A stretch of 56,728 nucleotides of DNA, from IMG/VR virus record IMGVR_UViG_3300008262_000238, positions 1 to 56,728 of that record, one strand, 5' to 3'. Shown here in pieces: positions 35,564-45,599 of this stretch. This DNA comes from a virus. Lineage: Duplodnaviria > Caudoviricetes. The notes beneath the pieces are model-generated. The model saw only the letters and a program-made list of their open reading frames with translations, did not search any database and was not told the DNA's origin. Both the position numbers and the translations under genes were made by a program. Within the stretch, counting starts at the first letter, position 1. The number at the start of each line of letters is the position of its first letter.

Positions 35564-36175
35564 TTATTTTAATTCTTGATAAAATTTATCCGTAATACTT
35601 AATTTTGGTTTTATTAATTCATAATAATCATTATTGAAGAAGTTGATTAGATCGCTAATTGTTTTAATTTTATTAAATCTTCCTACACGGAAAAGGTTTA
35701 TAGAGTCTAAATTATAATCATAGTATGTGGAATCCCCAAAACGTTTTCCTTTAATAATATTACCATAATAAGACCCATCAAATGGTATCTCACACTCACC
35801 TTCATATAAAAATGTCGCATAACCACTAACCCATCTATCCTCAACATAATAATTAAATGATAATGTCCCATCAAAATGGTGATAAAAAACATCAACCATA
35901 GATCCATCATTATACGTATAACTCTTTTTTATTAATTCACTACCGAAGATATAATGATAAAACAAATCTTTCATTTGCTGGCAATTAAAGTTTTCAATAA
36001 TAAAAACATCTTTTAATGTTTCTATTATCAAATTCAAGTTAAAACCGGTAATTGTTTTTATCATTCCAATAGTTTTATCCTGATTATATAACGATAAAAT
36101 CAATTTTTCACTTCTAGTTTTTTTGGAAGATTCTTTAAGAATTTTATATTGGGATTCACTTATGATAAATTTCAT
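35564..36175 (-). CDS. Protein with MKFIISESQ leader
   Basis: Start reassigned to the leader motif. Confidence 0.75.
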   Translation of the reverse strand: MKFIISESQYKILKESSKKTRSEKLILSLYNQDKTIGMIKTITGFNLNLIIETLKDVFIIENFNCQQMKDLFYHYIFGSELIKKSYTYNDGSMVDVFYHHFDGTLSFNYYVEDRWVSGYATFLYEGECEIPFDGSYYGNIIKGKRFGDSTYYDYNLDSINLFRVGRFNKIKTISDLINFFNNDYYELIKPKLSITDKFYQELK

Positions 36176-36240
36176 AAATATAAATATCCTGTAAATACAA
36201 AAACCCCACATAGGTGGGGTTCATATCATTACTAAAATAA

Positions 36241-36453
36241 TCAAAGCCATTTATCCTCAAAATAAGGATAATACTTCATAAAATTTTTGTGTCTTGATAT
36301 TAACATATCGGTCTCAATAGAAATAATAAGAGACCAAATAAAGACCCCAAAATAACTAACCTCAGAAAAGGATACGAACAGGTATTTCAAAGAAATTAAG
36401 ATCACCAAAACAGATAGAACACCATTAATAAAATAAATTGTTAGATTTTTCAT
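36241..36453 (-). CDS. Small membrane protein
   Basis: Two hydrophobic helices. Confidence 0.6.
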   Translation of the reverse strand: MKNLTIYFINGVLSVLVILISLKYLFVSFSEVSYFGVFIWSLIISIETDMLISRHKNFMKYYPYFEDKWL

Positions 36454-36465
36454 ATATAAAATGTA

Positions 36466-36936
36466 TTAAAAAGGAATGTTATTTTCAATTAGTAATTTAT
36501 CCAAACCATCAACTTCAATTCCCAATTCGGTATAAAGTTGATAGTTCAAGACATCTCTAGTACGAGATAAACCTGTAACACGACCGTGTTCTTCTTTTGT
36601 TAGCTCCACCGTTGAGGAATATTTCCTTAATAAACCTATAAATGAATCCAGACTCATATCAGGATTATTATTCAACTCAAAGAAAATATTTTTCATCGCC
36701 TTTGATCTTTGTATGAAATGATCATCAACACCTTTAACATTTGATTCAATTACTCGTTTTGATTTTAGACCTGTTCTCAATTCAGAAGAATTTGATAGAT
36801 CCCATAATGGGTTGCGATTTCGGGACATAAACATTTTGTATAAGTTAACGTCATTCTTAACTTCCCTATAACGACTTAAAAGACACTTAAAGTCTTTTAG
36901 TGTTTCCTCACACTTGAGTTTAAAATTTTCTTTCAT
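36466..36936 (-). CDS. Hypothetical protein (weak His-Me-finger-like DH...LT..EH)
   Basis: 156 aa; TATATTTG promoter at 36941. Confidence 0.65.
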   Translation of the reverse strand: MKENFKLKCEETLKDFKCLLSRYREVKNDVNLYKMFMSRNRNPLWDLSNSSELRTGLKSKRVIESNVKGVDDHFIQRSKAMKNIFFELNNNPDMSLDSFIGLLRKYSSTVELTKEEHGRVTGLSRTRDVLNYQLYTELGIEVDGLDKLLIENNIPF

Positions 36937-37018
36937 ATTACAAATATAGTAAAATATTTGAGAATAAAAATTTTACCCATGAATTTTATGTAATTTTTTT
37001 CTGGGATAATAGTTATAA

Positions 37019-37423
37019 TTATTCGGGAATATTTACGGCAACATACCTAACGTAAAATATACCTTTCTGATTAAAAACGTTAACCAAAATACTTTTAATT
37101 ATATCATCCAAGTTATCCCCATATCTTTCAATACTAACATTATAGGCTTCCTCATTTTCATATTCATATTCGTCATCATAACCGGCAAAAATATGAGTTA
37201 TTTTTCCAATATAACCAGATCTCATTTTAAGATCCTCCTCAATATAAACCCAATCAACTTCTTCATCAGGAAATAATTTAACGAATTCCTTAAAATCAAA
37301 ATAAATGACAATCAAATCTTCACCCACAATGTGATTATCATTTCTTTCCAATCTTATATCAACAATAAAAGGATATCTTGGTTTTAGAGAACGATATAGT
37401 TGATTTAGATATTTTTCATTCAT
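37019..37423 (-). CDS. YPFI-family protein
   Basis: MNEKYL...RYPFIVDI...FPDEEVD. Confidence 0.75.
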   Translation of the reverse strand: MNEKYLNQLYRSLKPRYPFIVDIRLERNDNHIVGEDLIVIYFDFKEFVKLFPDEEVDWVYIEEDLKMRSGYIGKITHIFAGYDDEYEYENEEAYNVSIERYGDNLDDIIKSILVNVFNQKGIFYVRYVAVNIPE

Positions 37424-37452
37424 AACAATAAATATAATAAAAAAGATTTGAG

Positions 37453-38151
37453 TTAAATATATTCTCCCGGTAATAACATACGATAAACTTCTAATCCCGT
37501 TTTTTCTTCAAACCACTCTTTGAAAAGTGGGATCCATTTCTTTCCGAATTTTTGACTTAGGTCATCATAAATCCAATCCTCAATTAATAATCTATTTTTA
37601 AACCCACCATACTCACCAAAATAAATATACGCTTCACGATCCTCTATCGTGAAAGTATATGACCCAAACGCTTTAATCTCATCCTGATAGAAATCATAAA
37701 GCTCAAACCCAACATCATAATCGGGATGTAGTCTTTGGTTAAAATAGTTTATAATAACCTCATTAACTCTTGATTCTGTAATCGTATTTTTTGTTTGATT
37801 AATATAATCGTCAATATAATTTTTTATCTTTTCTTCCAATCTATCCGTATACTCCTCCCAAAGGGAATATGACAATTCCATAGATTTACTATAATCAATA
37901 CCAATCATTTTAACCCATTCACCCATCCTAAAACCACCAGGTGTAGTAAACGTAAATTCATCAGAGCTGTTAAAGGCTAAGTCGTAAAATGTCCCATCTT
38001 TAGAAAAAGGGTATTTTATAAAGGCAACATAATTATATTTCATATACTTATATTTTTTACCCCCAAATATTTTGGTTTCATTTATAAGCATATCAAGAAA
38101 CTTATCATAAATTTTTAATTTAAATTGTGTTTCAGTTATTATGTATTTCAT
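37453..38151 (-). CDS. Two-module protein with MKYIITETQ leader
   Basis: Second leader-like ITES..VI internally. Confidence 0.75.
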   Translation of the reverse strand: MKYIITETQFKLKIYDKFLDMLINETKIFGGKKYKYMKYNYVAFIKYPFSKDGTFYDLAFNSSDEFTFTTPGGFRMGEWVKMIGIDYSKSMELSYSLWEEYTDRLEEKIKNYIDDYINQTKNTITESRVNEVIINYFNQRLHPDYDVGFELYDFYQDEIKAFGSYTFTIEDREAYIYFGEYGGFKNRLLIEDWIYDDLSQKFGKKWIPLFKEWFEEKTGLEVYRMLLPGEYI

Positions 38152-38337
38152 TTACAAATATTTTTTAATGTGATCTATAGTTATATGTCCATTCCTCCAA
38201 CATCTTAACAAGATAATTTTCAAACACTCCTTTATGAAATCTGCGTTTAAAAAATATTGGAATCTCATTACCACTCATATTAATAAATATGGTTAAAAAT
38301 AAAAAACCCCACTGATGAGGTGGGGATTACGTTTAAA

Positions 38338-38416
38338 AGTGTAATATAATACACTATTAGATCTTAAATTGATAAAATTCTTTTAAAATGAATTAAAAAG
38401 TGTAATATAATACACT
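38338..38416. repeat. Two identical palindromes AGTGTA-ATATAA-TACACT
   Basis: Copies at 38338 and 38399, 61 bp apart, intergenic. Confidence 0.7.
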
Positions 38417-38429
38417 TTTTCATAAAATA

Positions 38430-38924
38430 TTATAATTCACCAGTTTCAATATAATAATTAAAGATCGTATTAAATATTTTTTTAATATACATTGGGGACA
38501 TTCTATCCAACCACACATCATATAAGTCGGTGTATTCATCATAGGCATTTCCATCTTCATCATATTCGTAAATAACAATCACAGCATAACCTTCATCATT
38601 AGATATACCAGAATTGGATAAACCAATTTGTTCAATATATGATTTATAAGTTATACCATTCTGTTCTTCTTCACCATATAATATATCTAATCCGAATTCA
38701 TGTAGATGTAATAACCTACTACCATACGCTTCTTCTTTTCTAACGGCATCCTCAATAAATTGGATCTTATTTCTGTTTGATCCAAAATAATCAGGCATAA
38801 GTTTATCAAAAACCTTAAATCCACCCAACGACTTTATTGATTGTATCAAACCCAAATCATCAATCATATTTTTAATACGATCAACAATTCCTTTTTTTTG
38901 GTTCTCATTTAAAATGATTTTCAT
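38430..38924 (-). CDS. Protein with MKIILNENQ leader
   Basis: MI..LG....IK.LGG motif shared with 47-54 kb proteins. Confidence 0.75.
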   Translation of the reverse strand: MKIILNENQKKGIVDRIKNMIDDLGLIQSIKSLGGFKVFDKLMPDYFGSNRNKIQFIEDAVRKEEAYGSRLLHLHEFGLDILYGEEEQNGITYKSYIEQIGLSNSGISNDEGYAVIVIYEYDEDGNAYDEYTDLYDVWLDRMSPMYIKKIFNTIFNYYIETGEL

Positions 38925-38936
38925 ATATAATAAATA

Positions 38937-39212
38937 TTACCTGTTTCTTTCCCAGTATTCTTTTAACTCCTGATAGAAATTGGTTTTTATGAATTGTATA
39001 AATTGATTTCTAACCATAACATATTCTTCTTCAGGTATATTCATTTTTCTAACGATATCACTTGAAACATCCCAAGCCAATTCAGTTAAAAAGTTATCAA
39101 CACTATCAATACGATAAATAGTATGACCTAACAAATATCTATAAATTTTTTCTTCTATTTCTCGGTATCTCCTAATGAACTTGGTTTGATTTTCCGTTAT
39201 AATTATTTTCAT
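38937..39212 (-). CDS. Protein with MKIIITENQ leader
   Basis: 91-aa ORF. Confidence 0.75.
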   Translation of the reverse strand: MKIIITENQTKFIRRYREIEEKIYRYLLGHTIYRIDSVDNFLTELAWDVSSDIVRKMNIPEEEYVMVRNQFIQFIKTNFYQELKEYWERNR

Positions 39213-39505
39213 TTTTTCTTTTTTACTTTATTGTACCCTTTTCTAATCTCCTTATTAAATTGTCCTGAAACAAAGATCAAAAAATCAATCCTATTATAGT
39301 CAATATTTGGGTATCTTTCTTTAAATATTTCCGATACTCTATTAACAACCCACGACTCATATACCCCAAAGTTATCAGGTCTAATATACGATATATCCGC
39401 CTTGATAAATTCTCTTATATCATTAATAACCCTTAGAACAATTTCTTCCAATTCATAGGTTCTTCTAATCAAACCCAATTGAGCTTCGGTTATGGTAATT
39501 TTCAT
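39209..39505 (-). CDS. Protein with MKITITEAQ leader
   Basis: Start reassigned to the leader motif. Confidence 0.75.
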   Translation of the reverse strand: MKITITEAQLGLIRRTYELEEIVLRVINDIREFIKADISYIRPDNFGVYESWVVNRVSEIFKERYPNIDYNRIDFLIFVSGQFNKEIRKGYNKVKKKK

Positions 39506-39564
39506 ATTAGATAAATACTTTGTAAAATAAAAAAACCCCACCTGTAAAAGATGGGGTTATGGGT

Positions 39565-40101
39565 TTAAAATTTTATTTTAGTTTTAATGTGTTCCAGACC
39601 TTTTCCTTTTGCTTCAACCCATTTATTTTGACCCTTTAGACTATAATAATATTTTCCGTTAGATAATTTATAATCGTATGTTCTATCGTTGGTGGTATTT
39701 ATTTTATCTTGTTGTTTTGACATATCTAACTTCTTTGCCGCAACCGCTCTATCCCAACCTTTTTGTTTAATTAGGTTGGAAATTTGACTTAGTCTACTCT
39801 GATCCACACCACTTTCTAAGTTGATATCGGACATTTTAAATCCATTTTTTGCTAACCAAGATTGATATTCACTACTATATTCATTAAAAAAATCATCTCT
39901 AATTGATGGATCCTTATATTCCACACCTATTCTTGGTTGATTTTCATCCACAAATTTAGAAATTAATATTTTTTCCAATTCATTACCACTATTGGTTGAT
40001 TGTTCAATAATAATATTGGATTTACCATATAAACCCTCATTAATCACACGTCTTACAATTCTTGTAAGATCTCTTTCGGTAAGTTTTACTATTTTTTTCA
40101 T
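39565..40101 (-). CDS. Protein with LTERDL leader
   Basis: MKKIVKLTERDLTRIVRRVINE. Confidence 0.78.
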   Translation of the reverse strand: MKKIVKLTERDLTRIVRRVINEGLYGKSNIIIEQSTNSGNELEKILISKFVDENQPRIGVEYKDPSIRDDFFNEYSSEYQSWLAKNGFKMSDINLESGVDQSRLSQISNLIKQKGWDRAVAAKKLDMSKQQDKINTTNDRTYDYKLSNGKYYYSLKGQNKWVEAKGKGLEHIKTKIKF

Positions 40102-40122
40102 AATAATGATATTTTTTTCATT

Positions 40123-40476
40123 TTATTTCAATGACCCCCAAAGATCCCCAATAGTTGGCTCCCAATCATCACCGTCATTATCGTCAAATTCAGAATTGCC
40201 CAATAAATCCTGACAAAAAGATATTATTGATCTCAAATAGTTTTTTCTTTCATCATCAGACATTCCCATTAAATCATATTCAATATCATCAAATATTCCG
40301 TGTGTATCCAAAGGAGAATTATCATCCTCATATTGTTCAACCAGTGGGTTAACATTACCAAGTTTATTCTCAACCAACCCTTTAAAGTTTTTGATATCCA
40401 AGTTCATACCCCCGGTATGTTGTTCTCTTATTGAGTTTTTTTCCTCTTCGGATAAATTATTTAATAAATTTTTCAT
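40123..40476 (-). CDS. Acidic protein (MKNLLNNLSEEEKNSIREQH)
   Basis: 117-aa ORF; broken duplicate nearby. Confidence 0.75.
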   Translation of the reverse strand: MKNLLNNLSEEEKNSIREQHTGGMNLDIKNFKGLVENKLGNVNPLVEQYEDDNSPLDTHGIFDDIEYDLMGMSDDERKNYLRSIISFCQDLLGNSEFDDNDGDDWEPTIGDLWGSLK

Positions 40477-40519
40477 AATTATAATTATTTAGTTATAAAT
40501 ATCTCAATTTTTAATAATT

Positions 40520-41279
40520 ATCAATTTAAATATTCTTCTTCGTATTCACTACAATCTGCATTATCATAATAATCCTCAATTTCCCCACCAAATAATTCCT
40601 CCAAATTATCGTCAAATTCAGAATTGCCCAATAAATCCTGACAAAAAGATATTATTGATCTCAAATAGTTTTTTCTTTCATCATTTAATTACATCTATAC
40701 TTGTGACATTCAACTAGTTAAAAACCGATATCCTCCAACCTATTTTTGATTGCTTTTAGAACTTTACCTCTCATTTTATTTGACTTGTTCATATTACTCC
40801 AATTACTTTGCATCTTTACAAGTTTTTTCATTCCCTCTTCTCCACTACATTTATTTATATCAAATAAAATTTCATCAAGGTTTTTTCCCTCAAAAGTTGA
40901 TATTTTTGATTCACTAAAAATAACATCAGACGTATTCAATTTTTTATTTGAATTTTCTATTAGGAAGTTCCTAAAATTGTCTATGTGTTGTCTCATTTCT
41001 TTACTCATAATTTTCTTTTATATATGTTTATTTAATTCTTTCATTACTCGCGAAAATTTATTATAACCCAGATTTGCTCAAAAGAATTCTGTAATTCCTC
41101 ATCATCCATTTCTTCCCAATATCTTCAAATATTCCGTGTGTATCCAAAGGAGAATTATCATCCTAAGATTGTTCAACCAACCCTTTAAAGTTTTTGATAT
41201 TTAAGTTCATACCCCCGGTATGTTGTTCTCTTATTGAGTTTTTTTCCTCTTCGGATAAATTATTTAATAAATTTTTCAT
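40520..41279 (-). pseudogene. Split duplicate of 40123-40476
   Basis: 5' part near-identical at ~41125-41279 (27-nt deletion, premature TAG); 3' part identical at ~40605-40684; separated by the 40718-41008 insert. Confidence 0.65.
40718..41008 (-). CDS. Hypothetical protein inserted in the duplicate
   Basis: 96-aa ORF. Confidence 0.65.
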   Translation of the reverse strand: MSKEMRQHIDNFRNFLIENSNKKLNTSDVIFSESKISTFEGKNLDEILFDINKCSGEEGMKKLVKMQSNWSNMNKSNKMRGKVLKAIKNRLEDIGF

Positions 41280-41322
41280 AATATAATTATTTAGTTATAA
41301 ATATCTCAATTTTTCATAAATA

Positions 41323-41706
41323 TCAAATATCAAGAAATGGAATATCCAATGTCTTAACCTTATATACGGCAGCATATTCTTCATCATATTTAACAACGGA
41401 TTGGACAAGCACATCAATAATCCTATTTACCTCTCCCCCATATTCAGATACGTCATTACCTCCGGCTGCTTCATTAAATACAAACATTGGATTCATTAAC
41501 ATCCCTCGCTTAATAAAATCAAAATCAATTGTATATTTGGGAAACATATCACGAAGAAGTTCAAGATCAATAATAAAGAAAAAATTATGTTTTCTTTCAT
41601 ACGACCATCTTGCAATTGCGATATCTTTTTTATATTCCAAGTCAATAATGAAAGGGTACTTCAAATGTACAACTCTAAGTATGTTCTTTAATAATTTTTC
41701 GTTCAT
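41323..41706 (-). CDS. YPFI-family protein
   Basis: MNEKLL...KYPFIIDLEY. Confidence 0.78.
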   Translation of the reverse strand: MNEKLLKNILRVVHLKYPFIIDLEYKKDIAIARWSYERKHNFFFIIDLELLRDMFPKYTIDFDFIKRGMLMNPMFVFNEAAGGNDVSEYGGEVNRIIDVLVQSVVKYDEEYAAVYKVKTLDIPFLDI

Positions 41707-41707
41707 A

Positions 41708-42064
41708 TTAATTTTTAATTATTGGTCTATACATTCTATATGCGGTTTCATCATATCTGGTAATAACGCCAATTAAGATATCAATTGTTTTATTCACATC
41801 ATTACCATAGTCAATCATTGTACCATAATACCTAAATATATGAGATATGTTTGGAACCCGAATCTCTTGTTTAATATAGTAATAATCAATCTCTTCATCA
41901 GGGAACATATTATGGATTATATCAACGTCAACAACAAAAACAAAATTATGATCCGATGTACTATAAAATGGACTATCCTCCATATTATAATATTCTATAT
42001 CAATAATGAACGGATATCTGGCCTTTGCCACCTTCAATAAGTTATTTAATATTCTTTCATTCAT
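41708..42064 (-). CDS. YPFI-family protein
   Basis: MNERIL...RYPFIIDIEY. Confidence 0.78.
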   Translation of the reverse strand: MNERILNNLLKVAKARYPFIIDIEYYNMEDSPFYSTSDHNFVFVVDVDIIHNMFPDEEIDYYYIKQEIRVPNISHIFRYYGTMIDYGNDVNKTIDILIGVITRYDETAYRMYRPIIKN

Positions 42065-42069
42065 ATATC

Positions 42070-42456
42070 TTATGTCTTTACCTTATAAATGGTTCTACGA
42101 TCCTCATCATATTTGATTATGGTCTGTATTAAAATTTGAATCATATTGTCAACCTCTCTACCATAACTTTGCGTTTCATCTGATTCAATAAACGCATGGG
42201 TGGGGAGAGTAAGAATATTACGATTGTCTTTAATAAAATACTTATCAATTCTATAATCAGGAAACATATCATGTAACATCTTAAGATCAAAAGCAAAAAT
42301 AAAGTTATGTTCCGCTTCATTCATACCTACTTGTCGGTCAACCACCTGATCATAAAATTTTTTATAATCATTCATATTATAATATTTCAAATCAATAATA
42401 AAAGGATACTTGGCTTTCACCAACCTTAATAAATTATTTAATACTCTTTCGTTCAT
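42070..42456 (-). CDS. YPFI-family protein
   Basis: MNERVL...KYPFIIDLKY. Confidence 0.78.
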   Translation of the reverse strand: MNERVLNNLLRLVKAKYPFIIDLKYYNMNDYKKFYDQVVDRQVGMNEAEHNFIFAFDLKMLHDMFPDYRIDKYFIKDNRNILTLPTHAFIESDETQSYGREVDNMIQILIQTIIKYDEDRRTIYKVKT

Positions 42457-42575
42457 ATAAAAATAAATATATCCAAATATAGAATAAAAAAATCCGACGA
42501 AGTCGGGAACGGGTTATAAAAAAATATACCAAAAGGCAGAAAATAAAAAACCCCACTCCTGAAGAATGGGGATAT

Positions 42576-42893
42576 TTAATGTTCATATAAGATTCTATAT
42601 GATTGATTATCACTAATTGAGGTTATTAACATATTGGTTATTCTATTTAGATCATCACCAAAAGAAAGGTAATCATCAAAGATATGGGAAATGTTGGGAA
42701 CTCTAGCGTGACTTACAATATAATTATAATCAAGTTTTTCATCGGGAAACATATTATGAAGAATATCTATGTCAAAATTAAAAATAAACAAATATCTTGG
42801 TGTTCCTATTTTCTCATAAAAATCCAAACCAGTGATAAACGGAAATTTGGATCTGACAACCTTTAATACGGAATTCAATCTTTTTTGATTCAT
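42576..42893 (-). CDS. YPFI-family protein
   Basis: MNQKRL...KFPFITGL; RVPNISHIF shared with 41708. Confidence 0.75.
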   Translation of the reverse strand: MNQKRLNSVLKVVRSKFPFITGLDFYEKIGTPRYLFIFNFDIDILHNMFPDEKLDYNYIVSHARVPNISHIFDDYLSFGDDLNRITNMLITSISDNQSYRILYEH

Positions 42894-42986
42894 ATTAGAT
42901 AAATACTCCAAATTTATGAAAAATTTTTCCAGAATTTTTTTTAGATATAGGGGGATAAATTAGAGAAGGGGGTGATGTTATGGAAA

Positions 42987-43331
42987 TTATGATTTCATTG
43001 TTTTATAATACTTTTTCATTTCATTATAATATTTCTTTTTTAAATAGGGAACAAGTCCCTGAAAAATTTGTACCAACTCATTTCTATTTCTAAACCAATT
43101 GTCATCATCAACATCCAGATCTTTATAATCATGTATAAAAGTGCTAATCACACCTAAAACAACTGTATTAAAATAATCCTCAAAAGTATTGCTATGAAAC
43201 CAATTACCTTTAGCTTTATAATGTCGTTTAATCAGTTTATCAATAATCTCCATATCACCGATATTAGTCCTTCTTTTAATTTCAGTGGGGATTAAATTAT
43301 ATAATTGATTTTCGGTGATAATAATTTTCAT
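42987..43331 (-). CDS. Protein with MKIIITENQ leader
   Basis: 114-aa ORF. Confidence 0.75.
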   Translation of the reverse strand: MKIIITENQLYNLIPTEIKRRTNIGDMEIIDKLIKRHYKAKGNWFHSNTFEDYFNTVVLGVISTFIHDYKDLDVDDDNWFRNRNELVQIFQGLVPYLKKKYYNEMKKYYKTMKS

Positions 43332-43490
43332 ATAATATAAATACCCAAATTTTATGAAAATTTTTTTCAGTATTTGGGGGTCAATTAAAAGAGGGGGTTG
43401 TGTTTTACAGATTAGAAGGAGTTTACTTTACATATTATAAAAAAACCCCACTGATGAGGGTGGGTCAGTATTAATAATTGTTATTGGAGA

Positions 43491-44153
43491 TTAACCCCCA
43501 AATAAACCTGAACCCTTAAATTCGTTATACATCAATTCTATTTTTTCTTTTTTAAATTTTTCCAACACTTTTTCTATCTTCTCCTTTGAAAACTCACTAA
43601 TATTATCACAGTAGAAACGTTCATATTTCTTATTGATGTTTTCACAATCAATAGAATCATAATTATCCAATACATCTTCTATCATATCAATGTAATGTGT
43701 AACCGTAGAAAATCTATCCCCATGGTTCTCCTTAATCATTTTTTTTGAATCACCAAATTCTATCGCCCCCTTTATAAGACGGGTTATCTTTGTTTTCTCA
43801 TTATCAGATAACTTTAATCCCGGTTTACCATAAAGTTCCTCCAAATAATTAATTCTACCTCTTTTACTAATAATATGAATAAGTAAAATTATTTTATTTA
43901 TATCGTATGATTCTTTTATCCCAACCATAACGTGGTAATCAGACTTTTTAAAGAGGTATAAATCCATATCATCGTTTTTTGTCAAATACTCAAAATTGTT
44001 TTTAATTAATAAATCATATAATGGTTTATATTCACTTTTACCACTATACTCAAATTGAGATGAATCTATTAAGTTATCATATTGACCTTCCTGAATAACC
44101 CTCCTAACAATACGAGTTAAATCTGACTCTGTAAGTTTTATTATCTTTTTCAT
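43491..44153 (-). CDS. Protein with LTESDL leader
   Basis: Start MKKIIKLTESDL at 44153. Confidence 0.75.
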   Translation of the reverse strand: MKKIIKLTESDLTRIVRRVIQEGQYDNLIDSSQFEYSGKSEYKPLYDLLIKNNFEYLTKNDDMDLYLFKKSDYHVMVGIKESYDINKIILLIHIISKRGRINYLEELYGKPGLKLSDNEKTKITRLIKGAIEFGDSKKMIKENHGDRFSTVTHYIDMIEDVLDNYDSIDCENINKKYERFYCDNISEFSKEKIEKVLEKFKKEKIELMYNEFKGSGLFGG

Positions 44154-44435
44154 ATAAGATAAATATACCCACCCATTAGTATGGGGAAAATAGTTTTCAT
44201 TTTTTCCCAAAAATTTTTCCAGAATTTTTTTTACGAATACTTTGTTTAAGGGATTGTCCCCCCTTTTTGACTGTCAGAATGTCATATATGGGGGGCATAC
44301 GGAGGGGGGGAGGGGTATGATCCCCAATAAGGGGGTATGCCAAGATCTGAGGGAGGGGATTATAAGTTATTAACATATGTTGATAAATAATACCTCCCCC
44401 CTATCAGTTCACATATGTAAACATAATGATTGGGG

Positions 44436-44822
44436 TTAATTATAATATGAATTAGTATTAATAAATCTAATGGTGTAATGTTCATCACTCCTCTTCACAG
44501 AATTTATTAATGCCTCAGCCAATTTAACTATGTTGGTTCCGTACTCATATAGTCTCCCATCACAAACATTAAAGTAACCATAGAAGGCTTCAATTGGTAG
44601 GTTGGATCCGTCTTCATTATTTTTTAGATATTCAAGATTAACAATTGCTTCGGGGAACATATCCTCTATCTTTTCTATATCATAATAGAATGTAAAGAAA
44701 TGGAGACCCTTATCTTTATTGTGACTAAAGTTTATGTATCTATATCTAATATCAACAATGGATGGATACTTTACCTTCATTAACTTCAGGATCCTGTCTA
44801 TTATTTTGTCATTAATTTTCAT
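44436..44822 (-). CDS. YPFI-family protein
   Basis: KVKYPSIVDIRY...MFPE. Confidence 0.72.
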   Translation of the reverse strand: MKINDKIIDRILKLMKVKYPSIVDIRYRYINFSHNKDKGLHFFTFYYDIEKIEDMFPEAIVNLEYLKNNEDGSNLPIEAFYGYFNVCDGRLYEYGTNIVKLAEALINSVKRSDEHYTIRFINTNSYYN

Positions 44823-44892
44823 AAGTAATATATAAAAATAAATATATTGTTCTTTGGTTATCTCAATTATTATCCGTATATTTGTATTGACA

Positions 44893-45041
44893 CTTGAGGG
44901 ATCAGTTAAGTCGGGCTGTGGGGAACAACCATTGAAGCTTAATCAGAGGCAGCCTGCTTTATAAAAATATAAGCACAAGAAATTCCCCATCGTTAATTGG
45001 GGATCAAGACATTTTTATTTTGGTTTGGATATCTTCTCAAG
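44893..45041 (+). ncRNA. Candidate small RNA
   Basis: Starts just after TATATTTG (44877); closed by CTTGAG../..CTCAAG; no ORF. Confidence 0.4.
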
Positions 45042-45155
45042 CTTTACGTGCTACTGCGACTGAATGATTAATTCCCTACGTGGGGAACAAAGACATCTTA
45101 TAATAAATATATGGTACTACTTGAAAAGATAAAGATTTATTCGTATCTTTATTAT

Positions 45156-45323
45156 ATGATTTGGACTACCACACTTATGTTTATTGGAATGTTGTTGTTA
45201 ATATTCATCCCCATTATTATCTGTAGTGTTATTATCAACTACTTCCCCAAGTCAAAACTATCTTCATTCATTAGAAAACATATCATTACAGATCAGGATC
45301 TTGATCCACCTGCTCAACTTTGA
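45156..45323 (+). CDS. Small membrane protein
   Basis: One TM helix; likely start MIWTT. Confidence 0.5.
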   Translation: MIWTTTLMFIGMLLLIFIPIIICSVIINYFPKSKLSSFIRKHIITDQDLDPPAQL

Positions 45324-45594
45324 TTCTTGAATGTTCCCTGATTAACATATTCACCTCGTTGAAATCTTTCTCCGATAATCCTCTCTTCTGATAGATGTAT
45401 TCTATCACATCCCCCATATCACATCCCGTCATAATAATAAAGTTCTGAACAATTGGTTTGGATACACCCTTCATTATATGTGTCTCAAATATACAAGTTC
45501 CACTGTGGGGAAAAGTGGGATGACAGTATGTCAGAGTAATAGTACGGTTTTCCTTGGTTATCGTACATATAAATTCATCTAATAATTCCTTCAT
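45286..45594 (-). CDS. Hypothetical protein
   Basis: 102-aa ORF. Confidence 0.6.
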   Translation of the reverse strand: MKELLDEFICTITKENRTITLTYCHPTFPHSGTCIFETHIMKGVSKPIVQNFIIMTGCDMGDVIEYIYQKRGLSEKDFNEVNMLIREHSRIKVEQVDQDPDL

Positions 45595-45599
45595 AATTT

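Noticed and set aside
38303-43468. Hammerhead ribozyme from CTGATGAG in hairpin loops (38312, 43451)
   Set aside because: No GAAA core or stems I-III; these belong to the recurring AAAAACCCCAC...GTGGG terminator family.
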